Source: Adineta vaga (taxonomy: Eukaryota > Animalia > Rotifera). From it: a stretch of 64,000 nt of DNA. Shown in pieces: positions 1 through 17,561 of the stretch. Numbering within the stretch: position 1 is the stretch's first letter; every line of letters starts with the position of its first letter. The position numbers and the translations under genes are program-made. The stretch is from positions 3,472,001 through 3,536,000 of the forward strand of contig CP075495.1 in NCBI GenBank assembly GCA_021613535.1, written 5' to 3'. Under the pieces are notes generated by a model, which was given only the letters and a program-made list of their open reading frames with translations, was not told the origin of the DNA and did no database searches.

Positions 1-391
1 CAAGACGTTTTCACTCGAAAAGAAAAGAAAAACTTATGGCGGTCTTCTATAACAGATGTGTACGTGCGTTCGATTACTCAATTCTACTCATCTGTTTTGT
101 CAACAGACAATTTTTAAGTAGACCGATAAACTTTCTTTGAAACATTGAAATAACAGAGAATGGATCAAAATCAATTTAGCTTCTATAGAGATTTGATTCT
201 TTTGAACATTTTCTCTGTTTCTCTACAATCGAAAAGTAAACAGATTCGGTTTCGATTTCACACATTCGTGTAAATTGCAAGCCGACACTCAGATAGGAAA
301 AAGAAAATATTCACCCTTATATTTGTATATTCAAAACTATCAAAGAAAGTATCTTGTGTTTATATACAGATCTATTACAAATAATTCATCC

Positions 392-416
392 TGATGATGA
401 TGATGATGATGATGAT
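392..416. repeat. (TGA/GAT)n microsatellite
   Basis: About 8 tandem GAT units. Confidence 0.85.
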
Positions 417-1358
417 AATTACAAGAAAATCAAAGTCGTCTTACTTTTACAAAATGCTTATATATAGATATTTACATGTCGTCGAGGTGAAAATGTCTGT
501 CTTTCAGTTTTCTTTTTCTGATGTGTTATTTGCTTATATAACGCCGACGAATATCAAATAGAATATAGACGGAGGAGGAAAAGAAAGGAGATTCGGCTCG
601 TCATAGACAAATTAATCGACACATTCAATTGTTTTTAGAGTTCTTTTTCTGTCCGATGTTAAAGACAAATAATTTCTCTCCTTTTTTTTTCTTCTTTATC
701 CGATTCAAAGAGTAGTTGACCGAAATGAACACTTGATTTCTTCTTTTTCTAAGGTTTGCGTCATATATATATACACAAACTTATAAGTTGACATATAGTC
801 GCTACTTGAGACATACAATTGTACACACGCAATCTAATATATTTATGTATGTATATCTTTCTATTTGTCGGATTTATTAAAAATTTAAAAGTAGGAAAAT
901 CTTTTTCTTCTTCTTCTTCTTCTCGTTTCAACAAAAGCACTTGGAATCAATTATTAGAAAAGAAAATAAAGTAGCAAGAAAAGAATTAAAAAAAAGAGGT
1001 CAATATATTATTCGTTCGATTCTAATCTTTCTATTGTTTTATGAACTTACTTTTCTCAAGAGTTTACGAGTCTTAATGAATGCATCAGTAAGGATGGTTG
1101 GATTCATCGTCAAAGAAAAGAACGATAAGTATGCATCGAGTGTACACACGTCAAATCGAATGCCGTTCATTCATCGTTTGTTTCTTCAATCTGATCGATG
1201 AATAGAGAAGTGCATATACAACTGATTAGATGTATTCGCGTTCAGCTTGTTTTACATCTCCATATCTCATTAAATTTGAATATATCAAAATAAAGAGCAA
1301 AAAAGAAAAACGTTAGTGTTTTTGTTTTTAGGCAAGACAAAAGAAGAACCCGAAGACA

Positions 1359-3215
1359 ATGCCTAAACGAAAAGCCACTATGCCAAAAATAGATAAACGT
1401 GAAAAGAAAACGAGTGAATCTGATAATAATACAAGTGAAAAAGAAGATGATATCAATGAGAAACAAAAGAATAAATTAGCAAACAAAATAGCAAATACAG
1501 AAACAAATACAAATATTATCGATTATTTTAGTATTACACCTCTTTTATCAGCTATTGATCATGTACGAAAAAATGTTTGTACGAATGTGAATGATTTTCA
1601 TTTTAATAAAACACGTGTTCGTCCAATGAATCAGATTAATTACATTCCACAAGATTCACAAACAATACTCTATTGGATGTCACGTGATCAACGTGTTCAA
1701 GATAATTGGGCCATGCTCTATGCTCAACGATTAGCATTAAAACAACAACTACCATTACATGTTGCTTTTTGTTTAGTACCAACATTTTTAGCGGCACCTC
1801 TACGTGCCTATCGTTTTATGTTGAAAGGTTTACGAGAAGTAGAAAAAGAATGTCAACAATTAAATATTATATTTCATTTATTAACTGGACAAGCAGAAAA
1901 TGTTTTACCGAAATTTGTCGAAAAATTTAAAGTTGGAACAATTGTGACTGATTTTTCACCTTTACGTGTACCACGACAATGGGTAGAGAATGTTTCGAAA
2001 AACATTACTACTATTCCTGTTGTTCAAGTAATAAAAATACAAATGAATTGATATAAATATTCATTTCTATTCGTTCAAGGTTGATGCACATAATGTTGTG
2101 CCATGTTGGTATGCGTCTCCCAAACTTGAATATGGTGCACGTACCATACGAAATAAACTTCATCAACATATGAACGAATTTTTTACTGAATATCCACCAG
2201 TAATTAAACATCCGCATACTTCAACAACTCATCTTCAAGTTAAATCAACAGACTGGCAAGCAGCTGATGATAGTTTACAAGTTGATCGAACTATTGATGA
2301 AGTAGCTTGGGCTGTGCCTGGTAAGAATGTTTATTTTTACAGATAGAAGAGAAATCGAATATATTCTTGTCTAAATAGGTTATAAGGGTGGAATCGAACA
2401 ATTAGAATCATTTATTAACGTACGTGTAACTCATTTTGCTCTTGGTCGTAATGATCCAAATAAAGGTGCAATATCAAATCTTTCACCATGGTTTCATTAC
2501 GGACAAATCAGTCCACAACGTGCATTACTTATTATTGCAAAATTACGACCAAAATTTAAAGAAGCTTGTGATTCATTTATTGAAGAAGCATTCGTACGAA
2601 GAGAACTAGGTGATAATTATTGTTACTATCAAGAAAACTGTAAGTTGTTCATAGAAGAAGAATAAGAAGAAGAAACGTTTTCCTAGTTCAAATTTCAATC
2701 TATTCTCAGATGATAATATTTCGGGTGCGTGGGATTGGGCACGAAAAACTCTCAATGATCATCGAAATGATAAACGTACACATGTTTACAGTCGTGATGA
2801 TTTAGAATATGCTCGAACTTATGATAAATTATGGAATGCATCACAAAATCAAATGATTAAAGAAGGTAAAATGCATGGATTTCTTCGAATGTATTGGGCA
2901 AAGAAAATTCTCGAATGGACAAAATCACCGGAAGAAGCAATTGAAATTGCTATCTACTTAAATGATAAATACAGTCTCGATGGACGTGATCCAAATGGTT
3001 ATGTAGGAGTTATGTGGAGCATGTCTGTATAAATTTTCGGATTGATTTAAACGAATCTATTTCTCTCTCTTGTTTTTTTAATCTTCAGTTGTGGTATTCA
3101 TGATCAAGGCTGGAAAGAACGACCAGTCTTTGGCAAAATTCGTTATATGAACTATGAAGGATGTAAACGAAAATTCAATGTTGCACAATATGAAAACAAA
3201 TATTCAAGTATATAA
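1359..3215 (+). CDS. phr: Class II CPD photolyase (deoxyribodipyrimidine photo-lyase), spliced
   Basis: Motifs [80 protein letters not shown]. Exons joined by short GT-AG introns (e.g. 2028-2079). Stop TAA at 3213-3215. Confidence 0.95.
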
Positions 3216-5115
3216 AGATCTCTTAGATATAATCTATTAATCAAGCATATAATTATTCTTGTCAAACAAGATTTCTAGTCCCATTTTTTTATACATATAT
3301 CTTCATCGACAACTATGTATATATTTCTTATTGATGCCTATTAAACATAGAAGGATAACACTGTCTTCTCTTTTTATTATCTTATGTAATTGAGCGTGTG
3401 TATGTTTGTCTGACCCTTCCAATATCCAATTGGATAAACTGTAAAAGATTATCTATTGACGAGTTACTGCCTGCCTGTCTGTCTGTCTGTCTATGTTATG
3501 TTCCAGCTAATATATCATCGAAAACCGATTAGCACATCGAGTGATTGTTTATAATTACTTTTGCTATTTAAGGAAAACATGCCAAGTGTAGTCTTCTCAT
3601 CAGTTTGACTTCTAATGAGTGATGATTTTTTTTCTTCTTCTTTTTCGATTGAATAATTGACGTAGCAGAAAATGTATATTCAATGAGAAGGGAATGTGAT
3701 AAAGTTGTTCAGATAAAACATAGATTAAAAATGAATATTTCATTTTTGCTCAAATGAACTTGATGAGCATATTTCATGTGATGAACATGTATGAGATACA
3801 TAGAATAAGCTCATTAATGATCTTTGACATTCTCATATCGATGTTCTATAAGCTCATTTATAATCAAACAATCATCAACCTATTGTTTGCATATAGTAAA
3901 AAAACTGAATTAATTGTCGTCAGGGTCTTTTCTCTTTTTTTTTTGAGAAATGAGCAGAAATACAAAGATGAATTATTGCTTTCAATCTCTTCCGAGTTAA
4001 ATTGATGCTTGCCATCAACTTAATAGAATGTTTTTCCCTAAGGGATCTTTTAGAAAGAGTTAAACGGAAGAACAACATACATATGCGACGTGAATTAGAC
4101 GAAAAACTATAGATGTATTTTTCTAGACCAGTTTTTTTCTTTTTCTTCTCCTAATGACTAGTCATAATTTTAAATTTAACCTTCAAACGCAACTATAAGA
4201 CGAAAATATAATCTAACAATTTTGAAATGTAATCAATAGAGTCTTATACGATGATCATAGAAGATTAATGAAAAAGAAAATCTGTGATTAGTTAGAGACA
4301 TTTGTGTGTGTAGACAGAAGAAAGAGTAAATTTTGAGGAAAAAGAAAAAGATGATAATGTGTAACATACCTTAATTGTGCATATGTATGTTGCAATTTGA
4401 ATGAATAATTGAATTGAAGTATAGTAGTAGTTGATCAATTCTAGTTACTAGTTGTGAATTATAGTCTATTCTTTCACTTCTCTTCTCTCTACTGAATATT
4501 ACCCATTGATTAAACGAGAGAGAGGGAGAGAAAGAAAGAGAAAATAAAACAATATAGTTCTCTTTCTTTCTTGTCTTCTCTCTTCTCCTCTCCTCTTACT
4601 TTTTCTCCTTCTCTTTATCGGTAAAGAAAAGAATATACACGTGCCAGTTAATGATTAACAATAATACAGATAAATTTTTCAACTATTTACAATTGTCAAA
4701 ACAATAAAATTAAATCATTTCTCTACGGAAGATTATTTCTATCGAATATAATGAGAGGTCATTTATTTTTCTCTATCCATACAGGAAGATAATACACACT
4801 TTACATTGACAGATATTCTATTTCTTCATTTCCATAGACAAACAACATACAGAGTGTTACTATTGTTGTTGTTGTTGTTGTTAGGTTAAATTTCAAAAGT
4901 CTATTCAAGCGTTAAACAAGCTTCAACTTGATCAATATACTGATAAGTTCAAGATAACCTTGACAATTGATCAAAAAAATCTTTTATCGATTCAACTTTC
5001 TACATCGTTGGATATGTTTTCATATTGCATAATGTAATTTCTCACGTCTATATTCATATCTTCAAGGATAAATTGAATACGAAGTATTACAATTCTTATG
5101 CTTTTGTAGATCAAG

Positions 5116-6027
5116 ATGACTCTAGATAATCATGAAGAATTACAAAAATTTATTGATTTAAATGAACATTATCGTACATATCTTGATGAACATGATCAAT
5201 GTCGTCCAGATGAACGGAAATTTTCTCAAATGCGATCGATTCAAATACTTGAAAACTTTCTTCAACATTCTTATGGTTCATCAATGATACGTTTCGGAAA
5301 TACGACTGTGATATGTTCTATCACTGGTCAATTAACAAAACCATCTCTAAAATCATTACGATCAGGTTTTATTCAAACAGTTGTCTTATTACCACGAACA
5401 CAAGCTTGGTCAACTTACGGTCGACGACAACAAATAATTAACGAAAATCTAACATTAAGTCAACATTTATTAGATATTATTCATAAATCAAAATTGATTA
5501 ATCTAGAAGATTTATGTATCGAAGAAGGTGAATATTTATAAAAATAAAAGAAAGACATTTTTTATGTATATATATTCGATTTAGGTAAATGGGTATGGTG
5601 TTTACAAATCGATTTTCAATGTTTAAATAATGATGGAAATCTATTTGATAGTTGTTTATTTGCTCTTAATGTTGCCTTACGTCATACAAAATTACCAACG
5701 GTTAAAGTCGATCCTGATACACAAAAACCTCTTGTTTATACAAAAGATTTACGAACATTTTCATACAATCAAGAACAAGAACCTTTATGTTGTACAATTG
5801 CAATCTATGAATATAATCAACAATATCAATTTCTTATTGATCCAACTTTAGAAGAAGAAACGATTGCAAAAAGTCTTTTACATTATGTTCTCTTAAAAAA
5901 TGATCAAATATGTTTAATACATAAAACAAGTGGTGCACCATTCTCAATAGAAAAATTCCATCAATGTTACTCACTTGCTCATGATTATATTCTTCAATTG
6001 CGTAGCAAACTTAATCAACAAAACTGA
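5116..6027 (+). CDS. EXOSC8: Exosome RNase PH-like subunit, RRP43/EXOSC8-like (2 exons)
   Basis: RPDERKF, GSSMIRFGNTTVIC, LEDLCIEEG|KWVWCL, NNDGNLFD, LIDPTLEEE. One intron at ~5528-5584. Confidence 0.8.
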
Positions 6028-6345
6028 TCGGCATTGAATGATTGAACACTTTTTTCTTCTTTTTCTTCTTCTTCTTCTTTCTGACTATAAGACCTTTGCG
6101 TGATTATGCATCAGACCGATACGGTGACACATGTTCTCATTTGAACACCTTCACTCTATATGTCTCGACAATTGTCATCGCTTTCGATTTATTTCATTAA
6201 TGAGAAGACAACTTGCTTTTTCTCTTGAGAGAGAATTGAAAGACGAGACAGATGTATTGAAACAAAAAAAAAGCAATCGTTTGATGAGGATTTAATATCC
6301 AATCCTAGTTCCTGTTTTGTTATATGAAAATAATTTTTTAGATCA

Positions 6346-8264
6346 ATGTTAACATTTCTCTGTGCTGTGTTTGTCGTTGGAATCGTTATAGTATTATGCA
6401 AATTACGACGACCTAATAATTCGATACAAAGATGTGCATATGTCGTTGTTCTCGGTGATCTTGGTCGAAGTCCACGTATGTGTAACCATGCTATTCAATT
6501 TGAAAAACATAGATTCAATGTTAAATTGATTGGTTATGCAGGTTAGTAATTGAAGGAAATAAAAAAGAAGTCGATTTCCCCCAAAATGAATCTATGTATA
6601 TATATATTCAGAATCTGAACTTAGTCGAACTATCGTCAATAATCAAAATATTGAAATCTGTTCTCTGAAACCATTTCTTCAAATTGAAGGTAACTTCTAT
6701 TTCCTTTCAAAATCTTCTTCTATACCAAATTCTTTACTGAACATTTTTAGGTTTACCATCCGTGGTAGTATATGCATTTAAAATTCTCTGGCAATTCTTT
6801 ACACTGATTATTCGTCTTTGTCAATTACCTAAACCTGATGTGATCTGTGTTCAAGTAAAATCTATTTGATCATCTATTTTCTTTCATTCAATTATTTATT
6901 AAATAGAATCCACCATCAATTCCTGCGATCTTGACAACATTTTTAGTTGCTAAACTTCGAGGTGCTCGTTTAATTATTGATTGGCATAATTATGGATATT
7001 CAATGTTAGCATTAAAACATGGTACAAAACATTGGATTGTTCATTTATGTCAACGTTATGAATTCTTCTTCGGACAATTAGCTGACATAAATCTGTGTGT
7101 TTCAGAAACATTCGCAAAAAATCTTGGTGTTCATATGATCAAGTAAACTTTAATCTTAAAATTTGATGGTTCTATATATTTATTTTTTCTTCAGAGCATC
7201 GGTACTGTATGACAAACCAACAAGTCAATTTCATGTATTAAAAAACGAAGAAAAACATCAAATTTTAATGAAAATGAATACGAAATATCAATACGAACCA
7301 TTTCAAGGAAAGTAAGTTTTAGATCGAAAGAAATCTTTGTTTCTATTTGAAAAACAAATAGATCAAATAACTCATCAAGATTTACTCATGAAGATGAACA
7401 CAATAATATTGTTTTTCTACCTGATCGATCAGCGATTCTTGTTAGCAGTACAAGTTGGAGTGAAGATGAAAATTTTGCATTATTATTCGATGCTCTAAAA
7501 AGTAGGTTACAAATGAATTTCTATACAGAGAACTAACAATTCGTTTTTTTTATAGAATATGGTTCACATGAAAAAACAAAACTTCCATCGATTGTTTGTA
7601 TTGTTACTGGTAAAGATAGATTTTTAATGTAAAGATTCGTTTTAAATTGAAAATTCTTATAGGAAAAGGTCCGTTGAAAGAACAATTTATTCAACAAGTT
7701 GAACGTGAACGTGATCAATATCCACATGTGGAATTTTGTTTTCCATGGCTCGATGCTGATGATTATCCTCGATTATTAGGTATATACTTTTGACATGTTT
7801 TACACTTGTATATAATTCTATTCTATGTTTAAGGTTGTGCGGATATTGGTGTTTGTCTTCATCAGTCATCGAGTGGTTTTGATTTACCTATGAAAGTTGT
7901 TGATATGTTTGCTGTTGGTGTTCCAGTATGTGCAGTACAATACGATTGGTATGTATTTTTCTTTCTCAGATATTGATTTTCTGTTGTATTTGAAAATAGT
8001 ATCGGTGAATTAGTTAAACGTGACCAAAATGGTGTTATTTTTCAAGATGCTGATGATCTTTGTGATCGATTAGAAGTTCGTTCGATTGAATTAAGAATGA
8101 AACATAGATAATTTATTTGATTTCTTTTTCAGAGTTTATTGTATGGTTTTCCAAATCATTGTCCAAAATTGAACAGTCTGAAAACGAACTTGATTGCAAC
8201 ATTACCCGATGAAAACTGGTCAAAAGAATGGGAATCTGTATTGAAACCATTACTTCGCTTATAA
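6346..8264 (+). CDS. ALG1: Chitobiosyldiphosphodolichol beta-mannosyltransferase, many short exons
   Basis: [67 protein letters not shown]. Confidence 0.93.
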
Positions 8265-8906
8265 TCTATTTATCATCAAGAAAGAAAATACTTCGTATAT
8301 CATCCCTATTTTAATTCGTATTGTTTCTCAAAGTTTTTCTTTTTAATTGTTCGTTTTATATACTTGATATAGTAGTAGATCATGTGATACCAGTGTGAAA
8401 AAGAAACCGATGATAAGTATGAAAATGATCTATGGATTGTGTTTTTGTTATTGCTTGAAATGACGATATGAAAAGAAATAAACGTTTGATGGTTAATTAT
8501 TTGAAAAAACTCATACAAATTTGATGATTATCTCTATCTCAAAGTCAATGTTTAATAACTATGACAATTTGACTGACATTTAACTAATATTTGTAATTAA
8601 AACAAAACAGAGAATATGATTCTATTCCTACAGATGGCATTGTTGTTCGAGAAGTATGTTCGTTGTCATGCACTTCTATGAAATCTTATTAGAAGAAAAG
8701 GTAGAGTTCAGGTAACAACGTCAATAATGACGTTGCCTATCGAATATATGACAGTTCAATAGATTAGCCGATAGGAAAAAGTGATTGCTATTTTCATACG
8801 AATGTTAACATTATCGATGAATTATTAAAATATTTTTCTCAAAAGAAACGTCCTTTTTTGTCTATTCTATTGATATTGATTTTTTTGGATAAATTCCAAT
8901 TGATCA

Positions 8907-11539
<2,633 letters not shown>

Positions 11540-12188
11540 TGATCATATTTAAATTCTATTTTTTTCATATCAAAACAAAACTTACCATATTATTTTTTCA
11601 TTTTCTCAAATACAAAAACCAAAATCTCAACTGCCTGTCTATTTATTTTTACAACGTTACTCTTTCTTTTATTCATGTTTTTGCATACATATATTTATTT
11701 ATGAATGTATTTAGCAAAATATTTTTGCTCTTCTTAAACAATGCACCAAATGTAATGTTAATAGATCAGATTGTTCTATTAACACTTCAACCGAACAACA
11801 AAGATTAGTATTCATTAATCTCATATTTTTATATGTTCTATTTTTGTTTTTCTTTTCTTTTTGGTGTATTGTGATACTGTGCTCGTAACGACAGGTGAAA
11901 CTATACAAAAAAATAATGCGTGAATTCTTGTTTGTTCGATAACGAATATTCATATTTCTTGTTCATGTTTAATAAATGATCGTCTCAATTCGAACAAGTC
12001 TTTGATGTCTTTATTCATCTTAGTTTTCTTCAGAATGCTTACTGATAGAATACTGAATGGTTTCATTGAGAGATAATGCATATAAAAGTGTTTGTTTACG
12101 TAGAAATATTGTTCTAATTCAGTAAAAACAAGAAGAAGAAGAAGAAGAAGAAAAAAAAAACAAATAAAAAACATCACACTAGAATCAT

Positions 12189-15100
12189 TCATTCAAAGAA
12201 TACTGCTGGTGAATCCGTATTTGTAGGATGTCGATAGGCAAATGTTGCTGAAGAATATGGTACAATTGATTGTTGAAGATCAAAGGGTGCTAATGATTGT
12301 TGTCTTAATTTTGATGCTCGTGTTGCGATTGGACCTCTTGTTATTGGCTTTTGTGAACGTCCTCGTGTCACTGTTGTTGTTGTTGTGGTAGTTTTATTTT
12401 GTTGATTAGTTGGAAATGCATTGAGATTAACAGTATTGCGATGAATTGTATTTCGAATTATTGGTGGTGGCAGTGGTTGTGCAAGACGATTTCGACCAAT
12501 GACAAGAGGATCGAGAACCGAACTTGAAGGTACAATATATTGTAATGATGGTGATGATACTGATTGTTGTTGTTGTAAACGACTAGGTGAAGATAATGGT
12601 TGTTGAAGTACAAGACGAGCTGATGGTAAAGGCACTGCTTCTACAGGAGACAATTTTGATGTCATTTTTAAATTAGGATTTATTGAAGGTTGTGATGGAC
12701 GCTTGAATTGAAGATTAGTATAACGTCGATTATCATAAGTTAATTTGACACGAGAAGTTGATTGTTGATTTGAATTTGTACCTGTCATGCGAGTGAGTTG
12801 ATTGTTTGATGCATTTCGAGTTGCAGTGACCGTTGATGGTGGAGCACTGGATGTAACTGGTACCGAAGTAGTCGTTCTAAAAAGACCGATCAATTAGAAA
12901 TAAGAACTAACATAAAGAAAATTTACTGTTGCTGTGGTATTGTTGATAGAGTACTTGTACTATTTGTTGTTCGATATGTATGTGTTACTCTTTGTAAATA
13001 TTGTTGTTGTTTAACACGATTCACTGTATTTGATGATACTTGCGAGACTAGTGGTCGAGAATTTCCCATTCGATTACGTTGCTGTCTAATTTGATGTTTG
13101 AGATAATCACGCAATGTTTGTAAATTTTTAAATGTTGAATGAGTAACACGTGTAAATGGATTTCGTCCTGGAAGAATATCAATAGCTGCAAGAGCACATG
13201 CTTTACCAACATCACGATAATGTTCAATAGTAAATTTCGGTGGTAATGAACATGCCACAGGTGGTGATATTCGACCACCATGTGCATCATTTTCAGCTGC
13301 TGCTATTGCATTACATGATTTACCCACTGCATATGAACATTCAAGTGTATAGGAATGAAGTATACCAAAATGTTTATTCAATGCAACACGACCACTACCT
13401 TCTTTGGATAGACCTTCTCGTCTATCTTTCATATACATATTTTTTATTGTAAAATTACAATTTTCATAATCAAAATGTTGAGAATTAAGTGAAATTAATT
13501 TGGTATATAGGATATTATCAGTATGTTGATCATCATCAGGCAAATGATTTCCATAGATAAAACAACCTAACAACAAAATATGAAATATCATTTCGAGAAT
13601 AGATTCATTGTTGATCTTTGTACCTTTTTTCGATGCATGACCATGTAAATCCATATAATAGGCAACACCACTTTCATGAGGAGGAATTTTAAGAAAATCT
13701 GGATTAGATAGATGCGGAGATTTTGGTTCCTGATTACCATTTTCATTTTGAGCTGATGAACACATATCATCTTCATCATCAGAACCTTCATTTCCTTGAA
13801 CAATAAAAATTAATTATAGAAAGTATTGTATCATTTTGATGTCTACATATACCTCTTATTTGATTTCGAAGATTTCCTTCATCTTCATCATCGTTTATAG
13901 TAGGATATAAATCATGATGAAGTTCTAAATTTTCATTAACATAATGAAATGCATATGGCGATGCACGTTGAATTTCATTGTCATCAATATCAGATGTAAC
14001 CGTTGGAATCAAACCATTTTCAGTTCGTTCAAGAAAAAATGGTCGATTTTCTTCTTGTATTGTTCGTTCTTCTGACGATAAATTACTAAAAGCATTATAA
14101 TTTGACATTGATTTCGTTTCATAGACTGCTTCTTGTTGAAAATGCATTTGTCTCGGTGTTGATTTATCCTATCAAATAGTAAAGTAACATATTCAACAAT
14201 TTACAAAACTCAATGTAATATTTACATGAATCTGACTACCATTTAATATTTGTTCAATATCTTGTGTTTCTAATTCAGATTGATCTGGTACCATAAAATC
14301 TTTGAAGATATTATGAACAGTTAAAGTGGGTTGTGATAATTTACAATTATTAATATGATGATACGCAATTACACTTTTTGCAGCATAGATAGTTGGATGT
14401 TTTTCAAAATCTGGATCGAGATACATACGATTAAGATTTACACCAAATTGATCGGTACGATAATGACCAAGTTGAACACCATCTGGATTAAGGATTGGTA
14501 TCAATTTAAAAATAAATAGATCACGAAGTATTCGAGCACGAGGATCATCAGGCTTAAGAATGAAATCAAGAAAACCAAGAAATACGAATGCGGCTGGTGT
14601 TTCACCGGGATGAACACGACTTGAAAGAAAGAAGACACGTTTATTACGAAATTGATGTGGTCGTTTCGTCGTATTTGGACAATCGGGAAATAATTTTCGA
14701 TCAAAATGATGTTCACGTTCCTTCGTTATACCTAAACAAAATGAATAATGTTACAGTTAAAAGAATCATCTCTCAAAGTCAATCTATTTACCTTTATAGG
14801 ACGTAATAGTAATTAAATCTAGTTTATTTTTATCACAAGAATAACATAAGGTTTCTCGATGATAATAAATATCTGAACCACTGACTTGTATTGATGGACG
14901 TTCCAAATAATAATTAGCCAATTGAGAATTATAGGATGTATCATATGTATTAAGTAATGTTTGCATATCTTCATATGAATGTGGAAAACAGAAAGCAAAA
15001 TAAGTAATGGAATTTTTTGAATCTACCATTCGATGAATAAATGATAATTTAAAATCATCATTGATAAATTCCCAACAAGGACGAATATAAATTCGAGCCC

Positions 15101-15518
15101 ATTTTTCATGTCCAGGTACTGTTCGAAAAACGGGTAACATTCCCATTTCAAATAATCGTGCTTGTCGATTTAAATTCATTATATTGAATCGAATACATTT
15201 GCCATGGCCACCTTTAACACCAAAATAAAACCATGAACGATTTCCATTGACTTTCGTTGTTCCTTCACAATCACGTCTTGTCCAAATATTAAATTCCACA
15301 TCATGTTTTGGTAATGAATGACTTATTGTATTTACACCTGTTTCTGTATTTTGATTATTATTATTATTATTATTTGATTCTGTTTCGGGAGGATTTGGTA
15401 CGATTTGAGGAACTAGATTAGATGAAGTAACACGTTCATAACGAAGCATATTACCAGAATCAAAATTAGCAAATAATTGAATAGTAGATGATGAGGCATT
15501 GAGCTCGTTAGGAATCAT
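12189..15518 (-). CDS. AGBL5: Cytosolic carboxypeptidase 5-like tubulin deglutamylase (M14D)
   Basis: [72 protein letters not shown]. Confidence 0.92.
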
Positions 15519-16044
15519 TTTTCAATGCTGATTGATCAAGACAGTGAAAATGTGAATTGCCAAGGCATATATTTCATCATAGTATTCTTTATCTATGGAA
15601 ACGACCTTGATTGATCTTCATTCAATATAAATTTTTCTAATTTATTTTCATTTTTCTTATGAAATTTGAATATAGGAATTAAAAAAAAAGAAATATCATC
15701 TTCATGCGATAGAGGGCGTTGATCGACATAATTCTTTACTCTTATTCTATATTTATGTATGTGAAAACAACCAACCACAGATGAATATATCTTTTATATA
15801 TGTTATTGTCATGTGACGAGGATACGTTTGACAGTATCATATACGATTTTTGTCTCTTATAGATTAATCTCAGTTAGTGAATTAGTAAAAAAAGCAACAA
15901 CGACATTATCTGAATCTCCTATATGGCTTATTCTTTTTCGATTATATCCAACAACAATTTCATGTTAAATAATTTCATATCAATTCCTAAGTTTTCTTTA
16001 TCATTAAAACGCTGTTATTGTTAATCGAAAAAAGTTAATCGAAA
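15519..16044. promoter_or_regulatory. Divergent (likely bidirectional) promoter region between AGBL5 and MAF1
   Basis: Head-to-head start codons only ~525 bp apart. Confidence 0.5.
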
Positions 16045-17012
16045 ATGAAGTTACTTGAAAATTCCAAACTCGAAGCAATTAGTTCAATACTTTCCATTGA
16101 TACACCTGTGTGTGATATCACAACTCGGTATATCATTTCATTTCATTTTGAACTAAATACTAATGTTTTTTAAATTGATTTAGTGTTGAAAGTTACTCAT
16201 GTAAAATGGCCGGTGATCCCAAGAAACTCTATAAACAATTAAGAAATGAACCAGGAACATCTCCACATGATCTCGAAATTCTTGGCCCATCTCAAACTAA
16301 ATCACCTGCATATAATTCAAGTTTTCTAACAACACCACCACCGCAAGATGTTCATGCAAATCCAATTGCTCGATCAATATCAAGCGATGATGAATCACCA
16401 TTGGTAAAGACGATTCCACGGAAAACATTGATCTTCTTAATATCAACATTAAATGCAACATTTGAGCCTGATTATGAATTTAGTTCATGTACAAGTCATG
16501 ATTTTAGTCGAGAAACAAATTTCGAAGTAAATATATGTATACAGAGTAAATGATAACTATTTCTTTCTATTTAGTTGGTTAAAACTGAAGTCGATTCTCG
16601 ATTTCTATCGAGTATTGGTGATTATTATCGATCATTATCATCACAATTATGGTCAACGATTGATGAAGAAATCAATATTAAAGAAAGTGAAATTTTTAGG
16701 TAAGAAGAAATTTGATTGTCAATGTAAATGAATGTTTTTCTTTTCGAATAGCTATCGTCCCGATGGTACATCGGATCCATTTTCTGAAAGTGGACTTATT
16801 TGGTCATTTAATTTCTTCTTATACAATCGAAAACTTCGTCGAATTCTTTTTCTTACATGTCGAGCAGATTGTAAAACATCCACCAAGAATGATAATGATA
16901 ATGAAGATGAAAGTTTAGATCATAATAATTATCTGGGATTTGAAGGGTAAAGATGAAATTTTTCTCTATCTATAATGTTTCTTTTCCTTTTGTTTTTAGT
17001 GTTATGGATTGA
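16045..17012 (+). CDS. MAF1: Repressor of RNA polymerase III transcription Maf1
   Basis: MKLLEN, ESYSCKMAG, LISTLNATF.PDYEFS, SYRPD..SDPF.E.G.IWSFNFFLYNRKLRRI. Confidence 0.93.
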
Positions 17013-17561
17013 TTTCAAGATCTGCAGATAATATCATCCGGTTCTGTATCGATGTATTACGAGCTCGTGATGTTTTCTTTTCTCTTTCTTCATCAGAACT
17101 TTTTAGAAGTTATTTTCAACGCCTTCTCCTCTATCTCATATCCTTTCTTTGTACATTTGCATTTGACACCTTTCTTGCTATTGTAAATTAGCTATTTTTT
17201 GTTATTTTCTTTTGTCATTCAGACATTCAAGGTTGTACATAGTCATCGGAACGTCGAACAAAAACGTTATGCACTTGAACGAAGGTTTATTGTATGTCGT
17301 ATGTAGATAGATAATGAATAAATATAACTGAAAAAGAAACGACATACTCTTTTCATAGAAGATATTTTCAAGAACATATTTATTGTCTAGAATACGAATT
17401 TATTTCATAGGTCTTTTCTTTTAATTTCACTATTCAAAAAATACAAACTATTCTCAATAATGAAGTTAGTCAACTCCTAACAATTACTCATGATTATTGA
17501 ATATACTAGTCACAAAATAAAATCACAGATCAAAAAATTACATTGTCTTCATTCATTTAAT

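Noticed and set aside
3560-3610. CTGATGA cores as possible hammerhead ribozymes (also ~32775 and ~61855)
   Set aside because: No correctly placed GAAA or closing stems I and III.
14193-14735. Apparent frameshift between AGBL5 ORFs
   Set aside because: Manual translation is continuous (HPGETP...[13 protein letters not shown]). The ORF track simply began at an internal codon.
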